From a virus: a DNA stretch of 64,000 bases. Both the position numbers and the translations under genes were made by a program. Positions 37,365 through 47,151 of this stretch are shown piece by piece. A model generated the notes under the pieces. The model made no database searches, was not told the DNA's origin, and worked only from the letters and a program-made list of their open reading frames with translations. Where the stretch lies: positions 34,930-98,929 of the IMG/VR virus record IMGVR_UViG_3300042889_002115, one strand, 5' to 3'. Numbering within the stretch: the first letter of the stretch is position 1; the number at the start of each line of letters is the position of its first letter.

Positions 37365-38123
37365 ATGCACAAACCAACCCACAATCAGACTGTAAGGTCG
37401 TTGCAGATAACTAATCATCTGCTGAGTTTGGCTGGAATTTTTTATGTGGTTTATACATCACAATGGATTTGGTTATTGACAGCATTGTTGACTTATTGGT
37501 TCATTGGAGTTTTTGGAATAAACATTGGACTTCACCGACTGTTGAGTCACAGAAGTTTTAAAACTTATTCCTGGTTTGAAAAATTTGTAAGCGTAATTGG
37601 AGTCATCACAACTGTGGGATCTCCCTTGGCCTGGGTGGCTATTCATAGGCAGCATCATCGTGCTGCTGAAACTCCTGAAGACCCCCATAGTCCGTATCAA
37701 ATTGGTAACTTACGTGCCTGGTTTGGTATCTGGTCCCTGATTAAATTAGATACTAAACTAGTAAGAGACATGAGGCAAGATCGTTTTCAGCGTTGGTTGC
37801 ATCGCAACTATATCTGGGTAATTGCTGTCTATGCGTTGATATTATTGACGTTATGGGGGCCATTGGGCGTGATTTTTGGATATTGTTTGCCCGCCCTGTT
37901 GTGTTTACACTCAAGCAGTGCAATCATTGTGATTGCTCACAGGCATGGTTACAAGACACACAAATGTCGTGACGAAAGCCGTAACAGCTGGATTGCCAAT
38001 ATTATTACTCTGGGCGAAGGATGGCACAACAATCATCATGCCAAGCCATACGCCTGGAGTAACTGGGAAAAGTGGTGGGAATGGGATGTTCCTGCAGTGA
38101 TTATCTGGGCAATTAAAAAATGA
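37365..38123 (+). CDS. Membrane fatty-acid desaturase (delta-9-like) 1
   Basis: HRLLSH, HRQHH, GEGWHNNHH; TAAATA at 37337. Confidence 0.93.
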   Translation: MHKPTHNQTVRSLQITNHLLSLAGIFYVVYTSQWIWLLTALLTYWFIGVFGINIGLHRLLSHRSFKTYSWFEKFVSVIGVITTVGSPLAWVAIHRQHHRAAETPEDPHSPYQIGNLRAWFGIWSLIKLDTKLVRDMRQDRFQRWLHRNYIWVIAVYALILLTLWGPLGVIFGYCLPALLCLHSSSAIIVIAHRHGYKTHKCRDESRNSWIANIITLGEGWHNNHHAKPYAWSNWEKWWEWDVPAVIIWAIKK

Positions 38124-38836
38124 CATTTTATTATTTCTCAAGATTATTGCAAGTTATAACATTTGCATTTTCTCTGTATGTGTTTGATTGGCAGTATTTT
38201 ATAATTGCAGTTGTTGTAGGCTGGGTGCTGGCTGGTTTCAGTATAAGTGTAATTTTGCATAGACAAATTTGCCACAATGCATTCAAATTCAGAAATAAAC
38301 TAGTAGAATTTTTGAGTTATACAATATTGGTTATTACTGGCCAAAGCTCACCGTTGTCCTGGGCTATAATACATCGACAACATCACTTGCATACTGACAC
38401 AGAACTAGACCCACAGAGTCATCGAATTGTAGGGCATTGGCGCACATTGTTTTCTTGGTACAAGCCTAACAAAGTAAATCCTAGACAAGTAGTTGATCTA
38501 TTGGCAAATACCAGAGTGATGTTTTTGCATCGGCACATAGATAAACTATTTTTAACTTATGCTGCAATTATGATAGCAGTTAGCCCAATACTATTTTTGT
38601 ATGCTGTTGGTGTGGTCCCTGTCGTTGCCTATTTGTTTATTGGTATAATCAACACATTTGGACACCGTGATGAACAACGCATACACGGCACCTATGCTGC
38701 TAATTTGCCATTTGCTGCAATGTTTTGGGGAGAGAGCTATCACAAAACACACCACTTGACTCCCAGGGCCCAGCAACTAGGTCAATACGATTTTGGTTTT
38801 TACATAATACAAATATTGAAAAAACAACATGAATAA
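38120..38836 (+). CDS. Membrane fatty-acid desaturase 2
   Basis: HRQICH, HRQHH, GESYHKTHH. Confidence 0.9.
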   Translation: MTFYYFSRLLQVITFAFSLYVFDWQYFIIAVVVGWVLAGFSISVILHRQICHNAFKFRNKLVEFLSYTILVITGQSSPLSWAIIHRQHHLHTDTELDPQSHRIVGHWRTLFSWYKPNKVNPRQVVDLLANTRVMFLHRHIDKLFLTYAAIMIAVSPILFLYAVGVVPVVAYLFIGIINTFGHRDEQRIHGTYAANLPFAAMFWGESYHKTHHLTPRAQQLGQYDFGFYIIQILKKQHE

Positions 38837-39587
38837 ACATGCAATGCTAGTTATTGTCCCATTCCATCTTTTGGCCGTGGTGGGGTTGTTTTTTGTTGAC
38901 CAGTATTGGCCCTGGGCAATCGCGTTCTTTGTGCTTTTTGGAATCATTGGCAACGGGGTCGCTGGACACAGATATTTTGCGCACAGATCTTTTCAGGTGG
39001 CCAAGTGGTTGCATCCAGTATTGACCTACCTCAATGTTATGTCTGCATTTGCACCACCCACATACTGGGTGATACAACATGCACATCATCACAGAACATC
39101 AGACAAGAACGAAGATATTCATAGCCCTCGACGAGGACTTTGGCAATCTTGGTATGGGTGGTTGTTTGATCAGCCCTATGTAGAATTTATGTTGAGTAAC
39201 AAAATGGCAGTGGCCAAGGCAGTGATCAAAAGCCGAGTACAGTGGGTTGAACGGCATTACTACAAAACATTATTTGTGTCTATTGCTATAGTTGCTGTGA
39301 TAAATTGGCAAGTTGCATTGATGTATTTTGTTGCGTATGCTGCTGAAATGTTTAGAATTGGTGCAGTAAACACAGTTTGTCATAGTTGGGGTTATAGAAA
39401 TCATGACACATCAGATCACAGCAAAAATAACATTTTGGTGGGCATTCTGGGCATGGGATTTGGTTGGCACAACAATCATCATGCTAATCCTTCACGCTTG
39501 ATACTTACCGAACGCTGGTGGGAGATCGACATAGAAGGATACATAGCCTGGCTATTGAGTAGAACACATCAAGGAAAAATTCAATGA
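38829..39587 (+). CDS. Membrane fatty-acid desaturase 3
   Basis: HRYFAH, HAHHH, GWHNNHH. Confidence 0.92.
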   Translation: MNKHAMLVIVPFHLLAVVGLFFVDQYWPWAIAFFVLFGIIGNGVAGHRYFAHRSFQVAKWLHPVLTYLNVMSAFAPPTYWVIQHAHHHRTSDKNEDIHSPRRGLWQSWYGWLFDQPYVEFMLSNKMAVAKAVIKSRVQWVERHYYKTLFVSIAIVAVINWQVALMYFVAYAAEMFRIGAVNTVCHSWGYRNHDTSDHSKNNILVGILGMGFGWHNNHHANPSRLILTERWWEIDIEGYIAWLLSRTHQGKIQ

Positions 39588-40360
39588 CATATTATCGAAA
39601 ACATTTTTTTGCAGTTATTTGTGTGCAGATGATGCTGGCAGGTGTAGCTGTTACAGATTTAGCTGTAAACGGCACAACGATATGGTTGTATGCAACATTT
39701 ATCATGTGGTTCTTGATGTACGTGGTCGGAGAAGGCATTTTCCTACACAGATATTTTGCACACAAATCTTTTGAAACTCATCCTGTACTAGCAAAAGTTT
39801 TTTCAGTATTTGCAGCACTTGGCGGATTTGGCGGCCCAATTGGTTATCGCGCAGCTCATATAGGATTACATCATGCGCACTCAGACAAACCTGGAGATTG
39901 CCACAGTCCTGTACAAAATGGATTCTGGTACGCAGCAGTGACCTGGCATTTGCATAACCATAAATTGCCCATGTTACTCTGCAAGTCGCTGCTGAGAGAT
40001 CCATTTTACGTCTGGTTGGAAAATCATGTCATCAGCATTTGGTGGACCACACTTGTGGTATTTGCTTTTATTGACATGAGATTAGCTGTGTATGGTCTAG
40101 GGTTAGCAGGATTTATAGGATTTGTATTTGTTGCAATTACAAATGCCGCGGCTCATACCTACGGCACACGCAGATTTCAAACCGACGACAACAGCCGTAA
40201 TATATCCATCCTGAGTTGGATAACTTGGCAGGGATCATCAGTACTGCAAAACAATCATCATGCACATCCTGGACGATTTCACGACAGCTGGGCCTGGTAT
40301 GAGTTCGACATTGGAAAATGGTTGATTCCACTGATAGCCACCCGAATAAATCAAAGATAG
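39584..40360 (+). CDS. Membrane fatty-acid desaturase 4 (variant His boxes)
   Basis: HRYFAH, HIGLHH, QNNHH. Confidence 0.88.
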   Translation: MTYYRKHFFAVICVQMMLAGVAVTDLAVNGTTIWLYATFIMWFLMYVVGEGIFLHRYFAHKSFETHPVLAKVFSVFAALGGFGGPIGYRAAHIGLHHAHSDKPGDCHSPVQNGFWYAAVTWHLHNHKLPMLLCKSLLRDPFYVWLENHVISIWWTTLVVFAFIDMRLAVYGLGLAGFIGFVFVAITNAAAHTYGTRRFQTDDNSRNISILSWITWQGSSVLQNNHHAHPGRFHDSWAWYEFDIGKWLIPLIATRINQR

Positions 40361-40361
40361 C

Positions 40362-40390
40362 TTGACTTCCTGCACAATATGTAGTAAACT
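40362..40390 (+). promoter_or_regulatory. sigma70-type promoter
   Basis: TTGACT-17-TAAACT. Confidence 0.7.
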
Positions 40391-40423
40391 ACCAGTAGTG
40401 TTACATTATTAAAAGGAAAAAGA

Positions 40424-41347
40424 ATGAAACAACTATGGGTAGAAAAATATCGTCCTAATACTGTGGACGGATATGTGTTTGTGGATCAAGCACAACGAGA
40501 ACAAGTGGAGTCTTGGATTCGTGATGGATCAATTCCGCATCTAATGCTGAGTGGGTCAGCGGGCACAGGCAAAACTACACTGGCCAAACTGTTGATCAAA
40601 CAACTGGGCGTGGACGAGTATGATGTGATGATGGCCAATGGATCCAAAGAAGCCCGCAAGGTAGAATGGGTTGATCGACTTATCAGTTTCTGTCAGACCA
40701 TGCCGTATGGCAAATTTAAAGTGGTGCTGATTGACGAAGCAGATTACATGAATATTAATTCAGTTCAGCCTGCACTGCGTAACTTGATGGAAGACTACAG
40801 CCAGACCGTGCGGTTTATTTTGACCTGTAACTATCCTCATAAAATTATACCAGCAATACACAGTCGTTGCCAAGGATTTCATATTGCCAAGACTGACCAC
40901 ACAGAATTCACAGCCCGTGCTGCCACAGTACTGGTGTCTGAAGGTGTGGAGTTTGATCTAGATGAACTTGACAGCTATGTCAAGGCCACATACCCTGATC
41001 TTCGCAAGTGTCTAAATTTGTTGCAGCCCAACTCACAATCAGGACAACTGCAGCCCCCCAGTGCCGCAGACAAAAGTGCACGTGACTGGAAGCTGGAGTG
41101 TGTGGACCTGTTTAAAAAGGGTCGAGTTCGCGAGGCACGAACTCTGCTGTGTCAAAGTTCTACTCCTGAAGAAGCCGAAGATATTTTCCGCTGGATGTAC
41201 GACAACCTGGAACTATGGGGCTCGACTCCTGAGCAACAAGATCAAGCTATTGTGATTATTCGCAACGGACTTGTGAGCAACAACGCTGTGGCTGACGTTG
41301 AGATCAATCTAAGTGCTACTCTGATTGAACTGGCAGGAATACAATGA
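40424..41347 (+). CDS. Sliding-clamp loader ATPase subunit (RFC small/T4 gp44-like)
   Basis: LWVEKYRP, GSAGTGKTT, IDEAD, SRC, DLRK. Confidence 0.95.
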   Translation: MKQLWVEKYRPNTVDGYVFVDQAQREQVESWIRDGSIPHLMLSGSAGTGKTTLAKLLIKQLGVDEYDVMMANGSKEARKVEWVDRLISFCQTMPYGKFKVVLIDEADYMNINSVQPALRNLMEDYSQTVRFILTCNYPHKIIPAIHSRCQGFHIAKTDHTEFTARAATVLVSEGVEFDLDELDSYVKATYPDLRKCLNLLQPNSQSGQLQPPSAADKSARDWKLECVDLFKKGRVREARTLLCQSSTPEEAEDIFRWMYDNLELWGSTPEQQDQAIVIIRNGLVSNNAVADVEINLSATLIELAGIQ

Positions 41348-41655
41348 GATATCTTACACTTACCTACTACACCAAACCCGACGGCAAAATTGACGAAGCA
41401 ATGGCCGTGAGCAAGAACATCAGGACACGGGACCTGCAGACGGCCAGTGTGATCCTGGACTTTAAAAAGCTCCAAGTGGTCAAGTGCAGCATGAACGGTG
41501 TACAGGTTCCCAAAGACTGGGACAGAATTGTGACCTACTATCATCAACACTATGCTGCCACCATTGAGCGATTGTTTGCAGAAAACGGCTGGGAAGTTGT
41601 TAAACCAGAAACTACAACCAAGGAACCTCATGAACCAACGCCTAATACTAACTGA
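41344..41655 (+). CDS. Hypothetical protein
   Basis: ATGA overlap; 103 aa. Confidence 0.65.
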   Translation: MRYLTLTYYTKPDGKIDEAMAVSKNIRTRDLQTASVILDFKKLQVVKCSMNGVQVPKDWDRIVTYYHQHYAATIERLFAENGWEVVKPETTTKEPHEPTPNTN

Positions 41656-42241
41656 CGCAGACGGCGTGTTGCTGGACTGGGAATGGGCATTTTCAGTTTG
41701 GATGCAGGAGCGTGGGTACACACTCACCGCAGACAACAAGAAAAGCTATCTGCTGCATCATCACTACCGTGAACTGGAAGAAAAAGACGCCAAAAAGGTT
41801 GTAAAAACCTTCAACGAATCGGCTGCTGTGGGCTTCTTGCCTGCCTTGCGTGATGCCACCTACTATGTCAAACGCCTGTATGAAGAACACGGCTATCAGT
41901 TTCGAGTGATCACCAGTCTGAGCCTGGACCGAAATGCTGCCAAGCTGAGAGAAATGAACCTGAACAAACTGTTTGGTAATGCAATTGAAAGTGTGATTTG
42001 CCTGGACACCGGCGCAGACAAAGATTCAGCACTAGAACCCTATCGTGGCAGCGGCATGTGGTGGATTGAGGACAAGCCCGAAAATGCTGATGTCGGCCAT
42101 GCACTGGGGCTACGGAGTCTCTTAATAGAACACGGGCACAACATGCATCATGTGTGTCCGTATCCTGTTGTTAAAAATTGGAAAGAGATCTATTCTATAA
42201 TTGCTCCTAGTGAGAATACAGTCTCAACACATCACCAATAA
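41630..42241 (+). CDS. HAD-family phosphatase/5'-nucleotidase (T4 30.2-like)
   Basis: LTDADGVLLDW, ITSL, K, WIEDK..N. Confidence 0.85.
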   Translation: MNQRLILTDADGVLLDWEWAFSVWMQERGYTLTADNKKSYLLHHHYRELEEKDAKKVVKTFNESAAVGFLPALRDATYYVKRLYEEHGYQFRVITSLSLDRNAAKLREMNLNKLFGNAIESVICLDTGADKDSALEPYRGSGMWWIEDKPENADVGHALGLRSLLIEHGHNMHHVCPYPVVKNWKEIYSIIAPSENTVSTHHQ

Positions 42242-42950
42242 TTTTATGGCGCTGCACATCTCGAGCTCCAAGTTCGCACACAGCGATACCCGGAACTGAG
42301 TTTCCTTTCAATCGTTTACAAAGATCCATCAAGCCGTTGTCTCCGTGATTACGATCGGCTTGCTCCACATCTCCTGTGATAACAATGCGTGAGTTTTGTC
42401 CAATACGTGTCATTAACATCTTGACCTGTGCTGGTGTTGCGTTTTGCATTTCATCCGCAATAATCCAGGCATTTTTGAAGGTGCGGCCGCGCATGTATGC
42501 CAGTGGCGCAATTTCCACAGTTTGATCTTCTATCATGGTCACAATGTCTTGGGCACGATAACATTCCCGCATGACGTCCAACAACGGACGGGTCCACGGC
42601 TCCATTTTTTGATTAAGGTCTCCAGGTAGGAAACCATGTGATTCACCTTCTACACCCACTGCTGGGCGAGTCAGCACAATCCTCGAGCACTCTCCTGTTC
42701 TAAGAGCTTGAACTGCGGCCAACATAGCAAGGTAAGTTTTACCTGTACCTGCTGGACCCACAGTGACAACTATGTGTTGTGAAGAATCTTGCAAAGCCAA
42801 TACCAATTGCTCTTGATTTCGTGTTCGAGGGATCAAGTCTATGCGTCTAGGAGCCGCCTTAGGTGCTTGCGAAAAGTTTATGGTGTTTTCTACTGCCTGA
42901 TTCATACGTTTGTTTTGTGCTTTTTGGGCGCGATTTCTACTCAAATGCAT
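42207..42950 (-). CDS. phoH: PhoH-family ATPase
   Basis: GPAGTGKT, LTRPAV, GFLPG, YMRGRTF, DEMQN, TRIG, GD..Q.D. Confidence 0.96.
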   Translation of the reverse strand: MHLSRNRAQKAQNKRMNQAVENTINFSQAPKAAPRRIDLIPRTRNQEQLVLALQDSSQHIVVTVGPAGTGKTYLAMLAAVQALRTGECSRIVLTRPAVGVEGESHGFLPGDLNQKMEPWTRPLLDVMRECYRAQDIVTMIEDQTVEIAPLAYMRGRTFKNAWIIADEMQNATPAQVKMLMTRIGQNSRIVITGDVEQADRNHGDNGLMDLCKRLKGNSVPGIAVCELGARDVQRHKIIGDVLRLYSH

Positions 42951-43104
42951 TTCTCCTGGTGTAAGTCCTCTTGGACACTAATATTTACAGTAACGTACTC
43001 AATGATAAGTGGGTGGTGATTTTTAATATCTGGATCATAAGTATTTGGCTTTGTTCCTGATATTCAAGATACAAGCTATCATGTTCGGTGCCATAAATAC
43101 TTTC

Positions 43105-43695
43105 ATGGACAAAGAACTCTTTAAGGACCACACGGATTACTGGCAAGTGGCCAACAACATCCGCGATATCTACATGTCAGAAGGCAGTATCGCCACGCTG
43201 TTGGATTTTGAGCGTGTGCTAGACGAAGTTGATCTGTATGCTTTCAAAAACTGGAGCATTGGAGAACTGGTAGCAGGCCCTGAAATTTCAAAGTATCGTG
43301 TGACCTGCACGTTTATGTGGCCGCTAAATCTCATGCCTGATCCACGTGGTGCACGTAGACTGCTGCCGTTTGATTGCGAAATAGAGTATCAGAAAAAAGA
43401 AATCAAGATTCCGGTCAAAATCAACGACCCGTCGGACTATCGAGGCGGAACCATGAAAGCCAAGCTCATGACCAAACAGGTGTGGTTGGTGTCAATCACT
43501 ATGCCCAAAAGTCTCATGAACGACATTCGTACAGGATCCATTGAAATGGAAGATCAAGACATTGATCTTGATGAACTAGATCAAGCCTATGAGCAGGATC
43601 TAGACAAAGAAGCTGTCCAAAGCGACCAACAGGCACAAGATGCAGAACAATCACTACAACAATCCGTTCAACCCGGCCAAGCCCCTGCTGCTTGA
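43105..43695 (+). CDS. Conserved large-phage hypothetical protein (late)
   Basis: LLDFERVLD..DLY.F.NW..GELV.GP...MPDP.G; TAAATA 5 nt upstream. Confidence 0.75.
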   Translation: MDKELFKDHTDYWQVANNIRDIYMSEGSIATLLDFERVLDEVDLYAFKNWSIGELVAGPEISKYRVTCTFMWPLNLMPDPRGARRLLPFDCEIEYQKKEIKIPVKINDPSDYRGGTMKAKLMTKQVWLVSITMPKSLMNDIRTGSIEMEDQDIDLDELDQAYEQDLDKEAVQSDQQAQDAEQSLQQSVQPGQAPAA

Positions 43696-44215
43696 AGGTC
43701 TTGAATACAAAGACATGGAGGGCCTGATCAAGCCCACAATCTTTGTGGACGAATTTGCGGCCAAGATGGGCGACGATGATGATATCATTGTGATTTCATT
43801 CTTTGTGCGTGACCTACAAGCAGCCAAGGACCTGATGGCCTGGTTTGAAAAAGGCTATGACTTTGTGCTGGATGCAGATCGCAGCCCCGGCGAAATCAAA
43901 CCAGGACGATACCTGGTTTATGTGGAACTGCGTCGCAGAAGCACTGCACCAGTCAATGTCAATACACTGCTGGAAGACCTTGCCAGCCTAACAGAATTTG
44001 ACACTGCAGACTGGCGCATGAGCTACAAAGGCAATGAGTCTGACTGGAGCGAAGAAGCATTTGCTGAACAAGTTCCACTCACACCCGACGCATATCGCAA
44101 GCGTTATGAAGGCGACCTAAACGAAATGCGTGTGGCAGCAGGTATTGCTCCACGCCGCATACATGAACCTCGTGAAGATGTACAAGCACTACAAAGCATG
44201 GCAGGACTACGATAA
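43640..44215 (+). CDS. Conserved large-phage hypothetical protein
   Basis: DEF..KMG.DDD..V.SF...A.DL..W.EKGY.FVLDAD.S.GE. Confidence 0.7.
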   Translation: MQNNHYNNPFNPAKPLLLEGLEYKDMEGLIKPTIFVDEFAAKMGDDDDIIVISFFVRDLQAAKDLMAWFEKGYDFVLDADRSPGEIKPGRYLVYVELRRRSTAPVNVNTLLEDLASLTEFDTADWRMSYKGNESDWSEEAFAEQVPLTPDAYRKRYEGDLNEMRVAAGIAPRRIHEPREDVQALQSMAGLR

Positions 44216-46686
44216 TGAGAATCACCGAACTAAACAAACGCACACGAATTGACGAATCCTTGCTGTTGCAAGATCCTGTTTATCGCAGTTTCAAACAAGT
44301 GGGTCGCTACCTTGCTGAACGCCGCATGAGCGAAAAAGAAATTCTACAGGTGTTTGCTGACGCAGAAACAGGCATGACCAACACAGCCACTGGCACCAAT
44401 CGTACCATGCTGGGACGCGGCAAAGACAAGGCCACAGATCTTGCAGCCAGCATTAGAGATTCGGTCAACAAGGTGTTGAGCGGTGTACAGAATTCTGTGC
44501 CTGTGTCAGCAGTTGACACTGCTTACGATCAGGCCACTGATGCCCTGGCTGGCCTGGCCGGCGGACAAAAAGGTGCAGTAATGCAGGCGATCAAGAAATA
44601 TCGCATGCTGGTAAAGAAATATCCCAAGTCTGCTGGATTCGCCAAAGCAGCACTGGTGGCCGTCACAGGCCTGGCCACAGGCGGTGCAAGTCTTCCAGTC
44701 ATTGCTGGCCTAACCTATGCGTTGGACGCAGCAATCAAAGGCGAAAAACTTTCCAGCGTGTTTGGCAAAGGTGCAGGTGCAGCAGCACTGGCCTGGGCAG
44801 GTCAATCTATTGCTGGTATGTTTGGGGCAGACCCAGCAGCTGGTGCAGCAGCCGCTGGTACTGATCCAGCTGCCGCGGCGTCTACATTTGTACCTGGTCC
44901 TGACTTGCCTACATACACTGTGCAAGCCGGCGACACACTGAGTCAGATTGCTCAAGCAAACGGTGTATCGGTACAAGAACTAGTTGGGCTAAATCCACAA
45001 TTGGCAGCAGACGCTGGCGCTGTTGGTGGCCAGAATCTCAACCCTGACGTGATATTTCCCGGACAAGAAATTACATTGCCGCCTGCATCAGGAGCCGACG
45101 TTTATGCTGGTGGTGTAGGCACCAGTGCTGACACCATGGCAGACATTGCCAAAGGCAATGTGCCTGACAGTTCTATTTCGCAGACCGCAAGCCTGGAGCG
45201 CCTGGGAGGGGTTGACGCTGCTGATGTGAGTCAAGCTGCTGCTGATCCATCAAAATATTCTGCTCCTATTGATTACAGTCAATCTGGACCAACCGGTACT
45301 GACTCACTGGGACAAAAATTAGAATACGGCATTCCTGTCAACGACAAGGGTAGTTTTATTCCACCAAACGCTGGTTTGCCCGCTGACGAATTGGCCAGAC
45401 AAACAGCCGCATATGATGCCTGGAAAGCAGACTTTACCAAACGTTTTCCAAGTGCTGAACTACAGCCAGACGGATCTATGAAAGCGACCAAACCAGGCCT
45501 AGCGCCCATGTATCCATCAAACTACACACCCGGTGGTGCCAGCGGTTCAATAAGACCAAAAGGATTTACAGAATCTGTCAAGTTGATAAGATTACCGGTC
45601 AGTCAGTTGATTGACAAAAAAACAACCATCTTGAATTGGAAATTGAACGAAAGCACAGGACGCAAGAGCAAAACTGTGAACTTAACCACTGCTGGCGCCT
45701 ACACAGTGTTTGAAAACGTTGACCGATACCGCAAAGCCATCATGGAACTCAAGGGTGTGCCTGGAAGCACACGCCCGGCATTGTATCGTCCCGACATGGC
45801 GGGTGCTCCAGTTGCACCTGCAGCCAAAAAACCCGGCCTATTGAGCCGTGGGCTCAGCAAAGTAGGTGGTGCACTGAGCACATTTGGTCGTCAATTTACC
45901 ACCAACGTGACCAAAGAAAAACTCAAGATGAACTGGCATCAAAAGGGCAAACCCAGTGATTCAGATCAATTGGCTGCTTGGTTGGTCACACAAGGCGTGC
46001 CACAAGAAGTGGTAACTTCAGTTTACAGTAAAATGGGTCTACCAGTTGCTGCGGCTGCTACGGTAGCAGCACAACCAACAGCAGCACCAACAGCTCCTAC
46101 CGCACCAACAACACCAACAACACCAACAGTAGCTACACCAACAGTAGCTACACCAACAACACCAACAACACCAACAGTAGCTACACCAACCGCCGCTACA
46201 ACCAAGCCAACAGCAACCACAACAGCCGGTAAATTCCCAGGTGAAGATCCGCAAGGTGCTGGCTATATTGGTCGTAGAGAAGTTGCTCGTCGTCAGGCTG
46301 CACGTGATGCAGCGGCTGCCAAGAAACCAGTCACACCCAATTTTGGTCAACAGAATGCTGGTTACAAGAGTGTGAACTATGCACCCGCTATCAAAACTGG
46401 GGGTAGTTTGCCTAAATCAACTGCTGCACCAGCCGCAGCACCAACAAAGACACCAACTCAAGCAGAAAAGGATGCTTACATCAAATCAATTGGCGCACCT
46501 GCCATGGCCGAAACCAGCAATGAAAAAATTGGTGGACGATACGAACCTGATGAGTTTGACGCCATGATGAGTAGACTCAAGAAACTGGCCGGGGCAGGAC
46601 CGTTAAAAACTGTGTATGATCCTGCCCGACGTGTGTACAAGAATGTACCCACTGCTGCACAACCACTGACACAACCTAAAAAATGA
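44215..46686 (+). CDS. LysM-domain putative virion/ejection protein with P/T-rich linker
   Basis: [28 protein letters not shown]...[10 protein letters not shown]; leader MRITEL...IDE; hydrophobic A/G segment. Confidence 0.75.
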   Translation: MRITELNKRTRIDESLLLQDPVYRSFKQVGRYLAERRMSEKEILQVFADAETGMTNTATGTNRTMLGRGKDKATDLAASIRDSVNKVLSGVQNSVPVSAVDTAYDQATDALAGLAGGQKGAVMQAIKKYRMLVKKYPKSAGFAKAALVAVTGLATGGASLPVIAGLTYALDAAIKGEKLSSVFGKGAGAAALAWAGQSIAGMFGADPAAGAAAAGTDPAAAASTFVPGPDLPTYTVQAGDTLSQIAQANGVSVQELVGLNPQLAADAGAVGGQNLNPDVIFPGQEITLPPASGADVYAGGVGTSADTMADIAKGNVPDSSISQTASLERLGGVDAADVSQAAADPSKYSAPIDYSQSGPTGTDSLGQKLEYGIPVNDKGSFIPPNAGLPADELARQTAAYDAWKADFTKRFPSAELQPDGSMKATKPGLAPMYPSNYTPGGASGSIRPKGFTESVKLIRLPVSQLIDKKTTILNWKLNESTGRKSKTVNLTTAGAYTVFENVDRYRKAIMELKGVPGSTRPALYRPDMAGAPVAPAAKKPGLLSRGLSKVGGALSTFGRQFTTNVTKEKLKMNWHQKGKPSDSDQLAAWLVTQGVPQEVVTSVYSKMGLPVAAAATVAAQPTAAPTAPTAPTTPTTPTVATPTVATPTTPTTPTVATPTAATTKPTATTTAGKFPGEDPQGAGYIGRREVARRQAARDAAAAKKPVTPNFGQQNAGYKSVNYAPAIKTGGSLPKSTAAPAAAPTKTPTQAEKDAYIKSIGAPAMAETSNEKIGGRYEPDEFDAMMSRLKKLAGAGPLKTVYDPARRVYKNVPTAAQPLTQPKK
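46070..46225 (+). repeat. Low-complexity PT/PTVAT coding repeats
   Basis: ACACCAACA and ACACCAACAGTAGCT units. Confidence 0.85.
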
Positions 46687-46790
46687 AAACATACAACTTC
46701 ACAGTCAACGGCAAGACTTATACTATTGAAGCTGAAAACTTTCAGGTAGCTCGTGCTATTCTGGCTCAGCGTATTTCAGCTGGTGCCTAA
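46683..46790 (+). CDS. 35-aa protein (paralog of 48300..48407; not in ORF track)
   Basis: [35 protein letters not shown]; ATGA overlap. Confidence 0.65.
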   Translation: MKTYNFTVNGKTYTIEAENFQVARAILAQRISAGA

Positions 46791-46791
46791 C

Positions 46792-47151
46792 ATGAGATAC
46801 AGAGAAATTCTCGAAGCTTGTTGGACTGGTTACCGCCAGGCTGGCATGAAGAAAAAAGGCGATCGCATGGTGCCCAATTGTGTTCCTGTGAACGAAGCCG
46901 AACTGGAAGAAGATCTACGCAAGTGGTTCAAACAAAAATGGGTGCGGTTTGGACCTGATGGCAAGATCCGTGGTGACTGTGCCCGTGGTTCAGAATCTGA
47001 AGGCAAGCCCAAGTGTTTGCCACAGGCCAAGGCACATGCACTGGGCAAAAAAGGTCGTGCAAGTGCAGCAGCCAGAAAACGCCGCAAAGATCCTGATGCC
47101 AATCGTTCAGGCCCAGCAATAAATGTTAGTACCAAAGGAAAAAGCAAATGA
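46792..47151 (+). CDS. Basic Cys-containing modular putative head protein
   Basis: MRYREILE|ACWTGY...VPNCVPVNE...LEE|DLRKWF..KWV...C......KPKCLP. Confidence 0.75.
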   Translation: MRYREILEACWTGYRQAGMKKKGDRMVPNCVPVNEAELEEDLRKWFKQKWVRFGPDGKIRGDCARGSESEGKPKCLPQAKAHALGKKGRASAAARKRRKDPDANRSGPAINVSTKGKSK

